DNA of 63,975 nt, counting the filler, from Octopus bimaculoides (taxonomy: Eukaryota), in assembly GCF_001194135.2 (NCBI RefSeq). It is 9 parts of 8 records of this genome, joined end to end, with 100 filler letters (N's around TTAATTAATTAA, not from the genome) between each part and the next. Parts side by side here need not be neighbours in the genome. Positions count along the whole stretch, not along the records: positions 4,625 to 27,216 come from NC_068985.1; positions 27,317 to 32,278 come from NC_068988.1; positions 32,379 to 45,772 come from NC_068988.1; 6 more parts are not named here. The stretch is one strand, 5' to 3'. This document shows positions 23,900-36,400 of the stretch, piece after piece. The notes below the pieces were generated by a model. The model was not told where the DNA came from. It searched no databases and saw nothing but the letters and a program-made list of their open reading frames with translations. Numbering within the stretch: the stretch's first letter is position 1; each line of letters begins with the position of its first letter. A program made the translations under genes and the position numbers.

Positions 23900-24800
23900 C
23901 TTGGTAGGTTGAGTTCTTATGGTAAATTTTGAAACTTGCAAGACCAAGTAATGACATGCATCTAAACACCTACTGCAGAAGTAACAGTAGACATTACATA
24001 GACATTATTAGTGATGAAAAGAGCTCATCACCAACTAGACACACATTCAATTCTGTACTCTTATAAAAGTAACCAATACATTTGGAGGAACCTACCTAAA
24101 TGTGTGAGCAGTATTCTATTTTGGAGCAGCTCTGATCTCTTGGAGAGATACAATAAAGCCAAAGGTGTTAGAAACTTTGAATAGTAGAACCATTCTAGCT
24201 GCCACTTTGCCAATGGACTTAATTTAGGAGTTCCATTTCAAATCAATTGTGAATTAAAGATTTAAGAGTTTAACCAGACAATAAACTTCCTTCAAAGCAG
24301 TCCTATCCATCAAAATTGGGGAAAAGTCAGGAATTCATGATGTTACTGAAAAGATCAGCTTCTAGGTTTGTCCTTTAAGGTGAAACTGTAAATATCATAT
24401 CTTCAGCAAATATGTCAGCGTGTCTCTTTTTCAAGTATATCATTATAAACAGCAGGAAGAGCTTAATTCTCAGAACAAATGCCTAGGGGCATTAATTTCA
24501 TAAATGTCAGAAGACTGACTATTGACAAACTTTTAGATATTTTTCTCATTTGAATTTAAGTGATGGTTGAAAAGATTCTTACCAGATATGCCAAAGCTGG
24601 TCTGTTTATGAAGTTATCCTCTTTGCTATTATTTGACATATGCTTGAAAAATGTTTACAGAAATAGTCTGAGCATCAGTGCTGTTATCCAGTCCACTACT
24701 TATCCTATGAATGATGATGGTGAGTACATTAACAGTGGACTTGGAAGACTGAAAATTATAATTCTTGCTCTTTAGAAAGTTAGCTTTATTGAAGTATTAT
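23900..24800 (-). pseudogene. Ancient CR1/L2-like RT relic
   Basis: Decayed *FQSSKSTVNVLTII..LDNSTDAQTISVNIFQAY, LHKQTSFGISGK, SQSSDIYEINA, DIFAEDM and KIEYCSHI*VGSSK match the RT domain order. Confidence 0.65.
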
Positions 24801-25049
24801 ATTTAAATTGTAAACTGTTTGAATATTGTTTGTGATTGCTTCAAACAGTTTGCTTTGTATGTTTATTAAGCTAATCAGCCTATTTTGAGATGGTGTAGAA
24901 TGGTTGCTAGGGTTCTTGAAAACTGAAGAAGCATACCTATTGCTTCCAGGAACTAGGGAAGCACTTCAACTTGAGGCAGTTGTGTTGAGTTAAAAATTTT
25001 GTAATATTTTGGTAACTTATTTGCTTTATTTGCCAAGTTACAGCAAAAG

Positions 25050-25590
25050 CAGCCTAGCATTCAAAGTAGATGCCATTGTGTTGCACCATCTGAAGCCACC
25101 TTTCTGCCAGTCCTTTGATCCCATGCCGATACCAGTTCTTGTTCTTTGAAGCGAAGAACTCCTTTTCTGAAGCTTCCACTTACTCTTGGTTGATAAAGTG
25201 TCAAGAGCACAAGACGTGAGCCATGGATCAGAACAAGTAATAATCCAAGGACATTATTTTTCCACAATCCTAACATGCATAAGCTGTGGTTAAAGAAGGG
25301 TCAGCTTCCAGAACTTGTCACCAAATATAGCTGTTTCGCTGATGCTCTCTGTCTGATGGAATGATGAGGGGATAATTCACTATGAGGTTTGTTCTGGACA
25401 GTCAAACCACCAATGTTAACCTGTACTCCAAAAGGCTGTGGCAAAAATACCCAGCATTGGTTCACAGGAAGTGGGCTCTTCTGCAGCAAGACCTCACACC
25501 ACACAAACGACCCAGAATAAACTCCCAAGAAGTTGATGGAGTCGAACTGATACCACACCCAGCACATAGTCAAGATCTAGCAATAAAAAT
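25050..25590. mobile_element. Rearranged mariner transposase fragments
   Basis: Plus strand 25200-25590 reads LMLSV*WNDEGIIHYE..ALLQQD..LIPHPAHSQDLA. Minus strand 25050-25190 reads FFASKNKNWYRHGIKGLAERWLQMVQHNGIYFE (C-terminus). Confidence 0.75.
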
Positions 25591-26236
25591 GCAGTACCTG
25601 AAATACAGTCTAATGGAATGGCACATCAAAAGATTTTTTACTATTTACACCAATAAAAAACCAGTAGGAAACAGTCATTTGATATTCCAGTTGAGGAGTT
25701 GCTGTTTCCTATTTATTTAGTGTCAATCTTCTAAGTTTAGTAAACAGTAAATAGAAATCAAGTTATGTTGCAGCAGGTATTGGTTGCAAAAGCCCTTTTA
25801 TTGTTAAAATGATTTCACCATCATTTGCTATTAGGTAATGATGAATGTGATCTTAAGAAGACAATGAACTTCAGGCTTTATTGCTTTGCAACATTCATGA
25901 TTTGGTTCCACTTTCATATGTTATATGGATGAGATAGTTGTCCTGTCACATAATCTACTTGTCAACCAGTATTCTTGATTGGTATTTTTGGGTAACAAAC
26001 ATGATCTGATATTTTTGCCCCGTCTCTGATTATCCAACTATCTAAAAGCACTCTACCTCAAGATAACTCGAGCTCATTCTCATTGTTGTTCAACAAACTG
26101 TTGGTTTATCAACTTTGTATTTAGATGAAGTTATTTGCATTACTAAATGTCACTCTATTAGTTGTATTTATATGTCACATATTTTATTGTCAATTTAAAT
26201 GTTTCATTTTCAATGATTTATCTATTTTTGTGAAAG

Positions 26237-26378
26237 GTACGGGTACCATGGTTTCTGCTGTAAAAATCCCTTCACAAACTAATCCTGTTGTCATTGGCAA
26301 ACCACATCCTGTTATCATTGAGTTACTCAAGAAACGTGATGGCCTTAATCCATCTAGAGCCCTTATGGTTGGTGACAG
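26237..26378 (+). CDS. PGP: Next internal exon of the same HAD-IIA phosphatase
   Basis: AG acceptor at 26235-26236 in matching phase (G+GT = Gly) and AG|GTAGTG donor. Translates (G)TGTMVSAVKIPSQTNPVVIGKPHPVIIELLKKRDGLNPSRALMVGD(R), containing the PGTG, GKP (HAD motif III) and GDR (start of motif IV) signatures. Confidence 0.88.
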
Positions 26379-26499
26379 GTAGTGTATAATAATTTATATA
26401 TACGTTTAGACATACACACAAACACACACATATTGTACATTATTTACATTTGACGTATTTACATTCTTTACATTTGACCTGAATAATAATAATAATAAT

Positions 26500-26670
26500 G
26501 ACATCGAAAAATACCTTAGGAATGAGAACCCAGGTTTGAAATTTCCCCAAGACACCTGATGAAGGCTGGAGGGTATATCAGCTGAAACGTGTTAACAACA
26601 AAGATGAGGACAAATATCTGTCAAATGTAAATAATGTACATAATTCCTCATCTCTTAAATATAGAACTAT
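26500..26670 (+). mobile_element. Penelope-like element terminal (pLTR) remnant with a decayed hammerhead
   Basis: GACAC-CTGATGA-A-GGCTGG/TCAGCT-GAAAC-GTGTT at 26551-26593, the layout typical of PLE pLTR hammerheads. The NUH triplet is missing. Confidence 0.6.
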
Positions 26671-26775
26671 ATATATTGTGTTTCAAATTTGTGTGAATGT
26701 GTATAGAATAATATATCAGTTGAATAAAGTTGAAACATAGTCTGGTTTTCATGTTTTTCATCATGGTATTTTAAC

Positions 26776-26815
26776 AAAATTAACGCTTTCATACATAGTG
26801 TACTCATCAGATTTC
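26776..26815 (-). ncRNA. Candidate minimal hammerhead ribozyme, antisense to PGP
   Basis: Minus strand GAAAT-CTGATGA-GTACA CTA TGTAT-GAAA-GCGTTA-ATTTT. Stems I and II pair, stem III AGCGUU is self-complementary with wobbles, and the triplet is UUA. Confidence 0.55.
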
Positions 26816-26950
26816 AAATGTATTTAACTGAGAGTCGAGTTCTTGACAACTTTAGTACCTCTTAGAATGCTTCAACCAGCTGAATTTTTAGAATACCTTT
26901 TTGATCAATCAACATGCTCTTAAACATCACAGTTTGCCAGGCATACCAAT

Positions 26951-27213
26951 TGTTGTATTTCCCTCGGGAGACTCGCAGGGATAACACAACGAGTTGTACA
27001 ATTTAATTATTACATTTATTATTCAATTACATACAAAGAACGCACTCACCCAATGTTCGTTATGAATAAACAAGAATCATGTCCGCCATATATATCAATG
27101 ACATTTTACTACGACAGTCACACAAGACAACAACAATGAAACAATGAACTCAGACGAACCACGCTGACACACGGAACGTCAGACGAATAACATATCCAAC
27201 AGTCCATATAACA
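26951..27213. mobile_element. Solo LTR (~263 bp)
   Basis: Starts TGTTGTAT and ends ATATAACA (TG..CA, 7/8 inverted). Left flank CCAAT and right flank CCA then gap, consistent with a 5-bp TSD. Internal AATAAA. Confidence 0.55.
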
Positions 27214-27316
27214 CCANNNNNNNNNNNNNNNNNNNNNNNNNNNNNNNNNNNNNNNNNNNNTTAATTAATTAANNNNNNNNNNNNNNNNNNNNNNNNNNNN
27301 NNNNNNNNNNNNNNNN

Positions 27317-28410
27317 CGTTGTATGCGGCAGATGTTCAGGTGCAATAAACACTATAGATATGCAGAAAACAACTTCTGTCTCATTCCAGGAAGAAAAACT
27401 AGACGTAGTTGATAGCTTCCGCTACCTGGGTGACCAAGTTAGTAGTGGGGGTGGGTGCGCTGAAAGTGTAGCTGCTAGAATAACCTGGGCAAAGTTCAGA
27501 GAGCTCTTACCCCTGCTGGCGACAAAGGGCCTCTCACTCAGAGTAAAAGGCAGACTGTATGACGCATGTATACGAACAGCCATGCTACATGGCAGTGAAA
27601 CATGGGCCGTGACTGCTGAGGATATGCGTAAGCTCGCAAGAAATGAAGCCAGAATGCTCCGATGGATGAGTAATGTCAGTTTGCATACCCGACAGAGCGT
27701 AAGTATCTTGAGAGAAAAGTTGAACATAAGAAGCATCAATTGTGGTGTGCAAGAGAGATGATTGCGCTGGTATGGACATGTGGTGAGGGAACCCGTGGAA
27801 GAGGCAGGCTTAGGAAGACCTGGGATGAGGTGGCGAAGCACGACCTCCGAACATTAGGCCTCACCGAGGCAATGACTTGTGACCGTGACCTTTGGAAATA
27901 TGCTGTGCGTGAGAAGACCCGGCAGGCCAAGGGCCTCTGCCAGGGATGTAGCCAGCCCACTTACACGTAACATTCCTTTTTTGGACACTAAACTCTGCTC
28001 GCGAAGACATGGAGAGGCAAGTGAAATCGAAATCGAAATCGAACTATATTTGTAGGAACACTAAACTCGGCTTGTGAAGACCTGTTGAGGCAAGCGAAAG
28101 CGAAATCATGATGGCACCTGCACCAGTGGAGCACTAAGAGCACCGTCCGAGCGTGATCGTTGCTAGAGCAGCTGTCTGGCTTCTGTGCCGGTGGCACGTA
28201 AAAGCACCCACTACACTCCCGGAGTGGTTGAAGTTAGGAAGGGCATCCAGCTGTAGAAACTCTGCCAAATCAGATTGGAGTCTGGTGTCGCCTCCTGGTC
28301 CACCAGTCCTCAGTCAAATCGCCCAACCCATGCTTGCATGGAAAGCGGACGTTAAACGACGACGATGATGATGATGATGATAATGATGATGATGATGATG
28401 ATGATGATGA
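27317..28410 (+). mobile_element. RTE LINE 3' portion
   Basis: LDVVDSFRYLGD..WAKFRELLPLL..LRVKGRLYDACIRTAMLHGSETW, with deletions; 3' UTR and (GAT)n tail at 28360-28410. Confidence 0.9.
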
Positions 28411-29029
28411 ACCTGCTATTGCAAGCAAAATTAAATATTGAAAAAAAAAAAACGAATTTGGTCAAATTTGGACATACGACAGTTTAATATAATAGCGAGG
28501 ATACATTGGCTGGTAGCTGCTTGTTGGAAATTTAACCTTATTCCTTTATACTGAGTGCTTAATTGATGTCTGCCAGGATTTTTTAATCCTATTGTTTTCT
28601 ATTCTGTATATGTTTATATATATAGATAGATAGTTGCCTAAAAATCCCGTTGAATGAAAGTCACTCATATATTGGTTAATCATATCAGCCACTTCAACCA
28701 GTCAATTTCATATCAGGAGTTACGTTAACCCCAAGACTATTCAGAAAAGAATAGTATGGCGTGGATTCTTTTATACTAGAGGTCTTACACATAAACACAC
28801 TCACATGCCTGAATTGTAAAACATATAAAATGCATTTTTATATTGTACCAATATTATCTGATGTAAAAGTCAATACGATGGGTAGAGTGTGTAGACGTGT
28901 TTATTATATCGAAAGTTGACAGTCTACTTTCAGTTTCATTTCCTATGGTAGATTACTCTTTTGGTTGTTTCCCTGAATGAGCATATCCGAAATGATGTAA
29001 CTCGAGAAGGGAGTGGAGTGAACGATGCA

Positions 29030-29402
29030 ATCGTGAAAAATATGCTTGCATTTGCTGAAAATTTCGGATCTGGAATTAAGCTACGTGGGGCAATTCTTGG
29101 ATCTAAAAAGAATATGCGATATTTCAGTCACGCATAAGTTGCATTTCTAAGATCCATTTACATATGACATGTAATTCTCCACGATTTTCCACTTGATTGT
29201 ATGTGCAGTTGGTCTTCAAACACCATACGTATCTTGCCAACTTAGTGGCTTTACTTTTGTCGATGTGCTGGAAAGAAGGCTGGTGGTTTTCATAACGTCT
29301 TCGCTTGAGCCAATGCAATTTTTCTTTTCAGTTATGCAAACTACTAGTCCTCATTCCGGCATATCAACAAATGTCGATACACAGACATTCACAACCGTGC
29401 AT

Positions 29403-29438
<36 letters not shown>

Positions 29439-29560
29439 ATACACACGCGTGTGTAAAGAGAGAGAGAGAGAGAGAGAGTGAAGCATTCGACTAGACTATC
29501 AAATGTCCGTATGCACTTCTGGTCGCAATTCGCTTCCAGTCTTCCCTTGATTACGCTGTT
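29030..29560 (-). pseudogene. Penelope-like GIY-YIG endonuclease relic interrupted by microsatellites
   Basis: KNCIGSSED / RRYENHQPSFQHIDKSKATKLARYVWCLK and LNSRSEIFSKCKH match PLE YIG..RY.NHK.SF....T.LSKYIW.LK..LN.RSE.FSKCRH. Confidence 0.7.
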
Positions 29561-29589
29561 GTATTCCATTTGAACTTAAAATTTGGCTA

Positions 29590-29824
29590 TGTGATCTTCC
29601 CATGGTCTTGGAGGTCTATCAAGTGATTTCTTTTCATCCATTGAATACCACTTGACAACTGCACGGTCCATCTGTTGTCTGTGAGCATAATTATCCATAT
29701 TCACCATAAAGGTTCATGTAAACGAAGAAGGCAGTAGACTCCAGCCAGTAATGAGAGGTCCTAACGAATAATTTAGAAACGGGACAACTTCAACAGCTTG
29801 AAATTGTGTGTGTGTGTGTGTGTA

Positions 29825-29880
<56 letters not shown>

Positions 29881-30299
29881 CACGTATCTTTTATCTTTTA
29901 CTTGTTTCAGTCAGTAGACTGAGGACATGCTGGGGCACCACCTTCAAGAATATTAGTCAAACGAAACGACCCCAGTACATACTTTTTTAAAGCATGGTAC
30001 TTATTTTATCACTCACTTTTCCTGAATCGCTTAGTTACGGAGACGTAAACACACGAACACTAATTGTCAAGCAGTATTTGTGCGTGGGAGGAAACACAAA
30101 GTCAAAGACATACACACACACATACACACAACGAGCTTCTTTTAGTTTCCTTCGACCAACTCCACTCACAATGCTTTGACTAGTCCGAGGCTATAGTAGA
30201 AGACACTTGCCTAGCTGGTCACGCAGTGGAACTGAACCCGCAACCATGTTGTTGGGAAGTAAACTTCTTGCTATACAGCCACGCCTGCGCCTACACACA

Positions 30300-30366
<67 letters not shown>

Positions 30367-30470
30367 GTGTGTGATCTTCCCATTGTCTTGGAGGCCTACC
30401 AAGTGATTTCTTTTTATCCCTTGAATACCATGTGACAACTGCACGGGTCAATCTGTTATCTGTGGGCATT
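29590..30470 (-). mobile_element. Two short RTE-like C-terminal fragments (29590-29700, 30368-30470) flanking a SINE A copy (29885-30290)
   Basis: MPTDNRLTRAVVTWYSRDKKKSLGRPPRQWED and a diverged twin; SINE A reverse complement lies between them. Confidence 0.6.
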
Positions 30471-30892
30471 GTGATATGTCATAGAAATTGATAAATCCTT
30501 TAAGGCATTGCTACGTACATTTCTACAAATCAAATGTTTTTTTTTTTGCTGTATTACTCATCCATAAGATATTACAAATATGATTTGCAATATCCATAGA
30601 TTTTAAGGGGAAACATTAATACATGTAATTAGCTTTGGATGGGGAATGCAGGAACAAAATCATGTTTTTGTGGAAATGAACGTGCAATTTATGAATTTCC
30701 AGCAAAAAGTTCTCATTACTATATCACCCTACGCTATAGCGTTACAAGACTAATAACTATCACATAAAATTTCTCTGGAAGGGAATAATAAGCAGTAGCC
30801 GGAATAAACGTTTCACATAAACGAGGTTAAAGGATATATCTATATATACACACACACTCACACATACACACACACATACCAACACACGAACG

Positions 30893-31017
<125 letters not shown>

Positions 31018-33729
31018 ACCATATTACATATATATATATATTGATTTACTTATATACTAATATTGGAATAAATACAGTTATGCAGGTTTTTGTATTATAT
31101 ATTTATATAATATATTAATATTGGTATAAACATTTATATTTATTCATAATGATGTAAGCAGAAGGAAGGGGTGGGGAATTGGATGAATGGTTTATGCGTC
31201 GGGAAAATGCCTTTTGACATTTCTTCCGACTCATTATGTTCAAATTTCTTAAGAATATTATTTCACTTGCTCGCATTTTTCCATGTAATCCATGTTTTTT
31301 CACGGCTATGCTATTATGCCAATTAATAATGTCTCAGTTAATAATTTAAGATTTTACCTTATTGAAAGTTGAACTTGATAAACTTTCAAAGAGCAACACC
31401 TACTGATATTACCCATGCACACCAAATTAATGACAGAGAATTTTACCATCTTGAAGGCTCACCAATCGGTTACAAACAACAAGACCCCAAAACCATCAGT
31501 TACCAGGCTCACCTTAAGTAACATAGATTTGGGGTTGGTGAGAATAGTAATGATTGCGGCTGATCTAAATCTATCAATAATGATTCAATACAACAGTAAT
31601 TAAGAAAGCATATACACAAGTAAAAATTATCTACATTCCCATAATACAAAAAATTGATATATGAAAATCCCTTAAAATTAATTTCGATATTAAATAATAA
31701 GTTTAGAATATAATCACTTTATAACAATGCCTTTTATGGACAGTCTTACTACATGCCTTCAAGCTGCCTATAGAGACACAGCCAAAAATGACTATATCCT
31801 TTCCCCAATAAAATTAGATGCATATATCTGAAGCATATAATACATTAATGAACTAGCCTGATTAATTAATTAACTAAAAAGAAAAAGGAAAGCAGCTAAA
31901 AAGAAATTAGCAAAACAGCAACAAGCAAGTAAAGCCGAAAGAGAAAATTAATAATAAAAGTTAAACCTACTTAAGTGCAATAGCATATTAAAAATAACTT
32001 TATTAATTAAATATTAAAGTTAAAAAATAAGTTGTACAACATAAACACTTTTGACTAATGCCTTTTCCGAATAACCTTATTACATGACTTCAGCAGTGCT
32101 CACAAAGACACAGCCAGAAACGTCTATATTCTATCAGGTGAATTTGGAATTTTAAAGAAAATGAAGATAAAATAAAGTTATTTTTTTATGCAAATTTATT
32201 TTCTTGCAATTATTAATAAATTATGTGCATTTTTATAAGCAAGAAATTATTGATTTTATAACAAGGAACAATAGCTACNNNNNNNNNNNNNNNNNNNNNN
32301 NNNNNNNNNNNNNNNNNNNNNNTTAATTAATTAANNNNNNNNNNNNNNNNNNNNNNNNNNNNNNNNNNNNNNNNNNNNATATGTATGTGTGTGTATATAT
32401 GTTTGTGTGTCTGTGTTTGTCCCCCACCAACTTCCTTTATGAACATACATAACTTAATAAATTGATTGTTTCAAAGAGATTAGTTCTTTGAGCATTTAAA
32501 AAAAATATTGGTCGAATTTTAAATTGTGTTCATAATTCAACAGGTTATATAGCAAACTATTTCAAATTGGCCGTTGATAAGTTATGTCTCAGTTATCAAA
32601 GCAACTTCTTCGTTGGTAGAATTGAAAGTTATTATGCCTCTTGGTAACATAATTATGGACAGATTAGTTTATCTGCTCTATACATATTTACTGGGCACGT
32701 GTATGCATGATGTAAACAAGTTGATTTTTTTTTTTAATATATAAGTCATGTAGAAACATTTGCTTTATAATACTAATTCAATTAAATATTCAGCAATTAG
32801 AGTTTGTAGAATTGAACGCAATACAATATACTAAAATAAAGCTGTCTAGCCTTTACAAAGATTTTTCAAATGATAAGATTTTGCATTTTACATTGCAATG
32901 AACAATTTTTGAAACGAAGTTCAGGACTTCTTCGGTATTTCGATACCAGCTACAGAACGTACGTATATGTTGTTACAATTATGATTTAATTAAATAAAAG
33001 TAGTTAACAACAGGAGATGTAAATTTATTCAAAGTATATATGAATAGAATATTACGCGTACTTACAATTTTCTTCCGGTGAAACATTTTTTGCAGCTTAT
33101 TCATTTAAACATAACTGCAATAAATAGATTTTCGTTGTGATAGATTTCAATACATTTCAAGTAAACATATAAGCAGAGAAATATGAGCTTATAATATGAC
33201 ATGGAATAAAAATGCCAATACTGTCGGAAATAAGAGGGAGTTTGGAAAAGATTTTGTTATGGAACACATAAGTGCACGTTGGCCACTGGTAGTACTATCA
33301 AATTATGCTGAAAAATACGACGAATATCAGACAATGTTTTTGCATAGATGGATATGCCTACATGTATTGGTGGTGCAGGATATTTATCTAAAGCATATGA
33401 ACTGTATCGAAGAGACGAAAATAGTTATTAATAAGGATTCTTTTCTTCTTAATCTCTTGTTGGCTTCAGACATTGTGGTTTAGGAATGCAGATGAATAGT
33501 CTATAATATTTCTACTCGATCATATGAATCCAATGCATCTACCAGTGCGGTACTAATTTTATCTTTTTATTTTGTCTCTTCTATTTGTGGAACAGATAAG
33601 TTAAGTAATACTAAAATAAAGCTGATGCAATGTAACATAACAGTGATTTGATCAGTCAAAAAATATAAACATGAACGGACAACGTTGTACATAGACACAC
33701 GCACATGCACACACAGTCTTTCACATTTC

Positions 33730-33756
33730 CATACATACATACATACATACATACAT

Positions 33757-33793
<37 letters not shown>

Positions 33794-33796
33794 TAA

Positions 33797-33843
<47 letters not shown>

Positions 33844-33845
33844 TA
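33730..33845. repeat. Compound tetranucleotide microsatellite (CATA)n-(CAGA)n-(TAGA)n
   Basis: Directly visible. Confidence 0.95.
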
Positions 33846-35540
33846 TATACATACATAGGTAGATAGATCGCTAAGGCAAAACGAGTAATAAGCGGATTTT
33901 CTCTATTTGGCTGCTCGTGTGGAAATTTTATATTTTATTGAAAACCTACTTTGATGTAATTGTTTTACGCTGAGTCTCATGGGTTAATTCCCTCTTTGAA
34001 GAAAAATTGTACGAAAAGTTACAGTGGTTTAAATTTTGATAATTGTTACCCTCTCTCAAAACAAGATTTAAAAACATTCATTTTTTGCACGGCTGCAGGT
34101 TTTTTCAGCTATGAACAAATTAAATATTAGATGATTTCTGATTGATGCACCCCATATTGCGACTATCGATTGGCTAAAATTAATCAGAATTTGCAAACTA
34201 TAAAAGCTATTAACCCTTCATGTGATGATTTATGGAGAAAATGAATTTCTTGTCAGTGACTACCATAAAAAAGTACATCAACACTTCAAATCTGAAATAA
34301 ATTTGAAAACAAAGTTGTAGAAATTGAAAAGTGGCAGCCAAATAGAAAACATCCGCATTTTCGATTTCATACTACAAGGGATCGGATTGCAATACATGTA
34401 AGGCCTTCCGAGTGAAAAGGATTTTATTGCTTGTTACGACAATGTACAAGTTTTCTAGTCACAATAAACTAATACACAATATTTTTTTATATATATTTTC
34501 ATACAATTTTGTGCTCGAGGTTTTCAATATCAAGCTTAATTGTAATCATACAGATATTGTTAAATGTATAGTACATCGAAATGAAAACTCGTATCAACTG
34601 AGAATTTTATTGTGTTGCAAGTTATATTAAGCAGCATATGACCATATTGTCTTGCATAGTGTGGATTCTATAAATATGGTGTGGATTCTAGAAATATAAT
34701 TGCAATGATACCAATACGAACAAAACTTCACGTTTACGTTAATAAATTCTTGTTAATGCATTCATTTTCGTGGATATACAACTTAATTGGAATAGCTTTC
34801 TCCTAAATGGTACCAATAATTACATTAAGAGTCTTTTGATGTCAAGATCATAGAAAAATGTGAGATAGTAAATATTTATTGAGAATTTACTGCAACGTGA
34901 TTTAGTTGGTATTAAATCATACATAACTAAGTAACAGTGAAATGCTTATGATAAGACCATTAAATATAACCCTCATAGCAGAATGCGAATATAATATGAT
35001 TTGAAATCTCCGTTTGTCATAGAAATTCAAAGGTAATTCAATAAAAAAATATTAATGCACTTTTTGCTAATTGTATACCTGGTGGGGGTGCCTTAATGGC
35101 GGCTGACATATATGGGGATGGGTGGCTTATTCGTATCTTATCTACGACAGTAGGCACTGATATAACTACCTATGAAGCAATCACTCCGCCTCTCTGCAAT
35201 GCACAATGCTGCAACAGATCGAAGTCTACAATTAGGCCGGAGATTAAATAACTGGCTATTATTTGTTTCCATTGAACCGCTGATTTGCATCTCCATGTGT
35301 ATAGAATCGACTTTCTCTCTCCCCCTACTCACTCACTCTCTCTCTCCCTATCTGTCGCCATCCATTCTTAATCAGTCATTTTATACACTCTTACATACAT
35401 ACATATATATATAAACTCATAAACATACATTTCCTTAGTTGTATATAGACCTGCATGGTTACATTACGAAAATAAAAATTGAAAACTTTATGAATGTAAA
35501 TGTTATATATTCATGTTGTATTTCAGACACAATCACACAA

Positions 35541-35592
<52 letters not shown>

Positions 35593-35849
35593 AAACACAC
35601 ACACATATATATTGTCAAAATAAGTAACAGGATCTCAAGTAGTGATGTGGTACCACCGGCTCCATTTAATTGAACAATGCAATCATTATATCAATTTAAA
35701 TACGTAATCATTCGTTTATCCAATTTGATATTAACAGTTATTATTCTAGCATAATTCCGATTCTTCCTAATAACTCCCTAATTTTCAAAAATCTCTCCCT
35801 CTCTCGCAAACAACTAGGGATAACATTGGCATTATTCTTTTATCCAGAA

Positions 35850-36400
35850 AGACTATCATAGAAATTGAGGTTAAGCTATGGACGAGGTCAGACTCCCATG
35901 ATAATTTCAATATAGCTATGGTCTCGTGTGATTCGGCTGAAATTACTAATCTAGTTGGTGCGTATCTCTTAAAGTGCCTTAATAGTGAACTTCCTGAAAT
36001 GCAGTGAGATTTATATAGAGATGATGCTCTATTTATTATCCCTAGCGACAACAAATCGGTCATAGAAAGAACGAGAAAAAGAATTAGAAAACATTTTTGA
36101 AAGCTTCAGCTAAGAAGTCACTTTTAAATATGGCACAATGGTGGAAAATTTCTTGGATAGTACATTAGACATTAACTCAGGATTGTACCACCCCTATAGG
36201 AAACCAAGTGAAGTTACGAGGTATGTGAACACCTCCTCAAATCACCTCCCACCTTAATATATTAAAATCAGTTGTCAAAAGTATTTCTAAAACAATTACG
36301 AAATTATCAGCAAATAAAGACATTTTTAATACTCATTCTACCACTATAATTTCGCTTTGTCTAAGGCAGCATACAAACACGGAATTACTTTTCTTAATCC
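35850..36400 (+). pseudogene. Penelope-like element reverse transcriptase relic
   Basis: NFNIAMVSCDSAEITNLVGAYLL..DLYRDDAL (YRDD at 36014-36025)..FLDSTLDINSGLYHPYRKPSEVTRYVNTSSNH follows the PLE RT pattern GS.DGAE..LVG..GLYRDD..FLD..YKPYRKP..Y....SNHPP. Contains stops and frameshifts. Confidence 0.85.

Noticed and set aside
31392-31525. In-phase candidate terminal PGP exon (R)ATPTDITHAHQ..
   Set aside because: Weak acceptor, and apart from TDI no similarity to the LDTDILFG..TLLVLTG C-terminus of the family.
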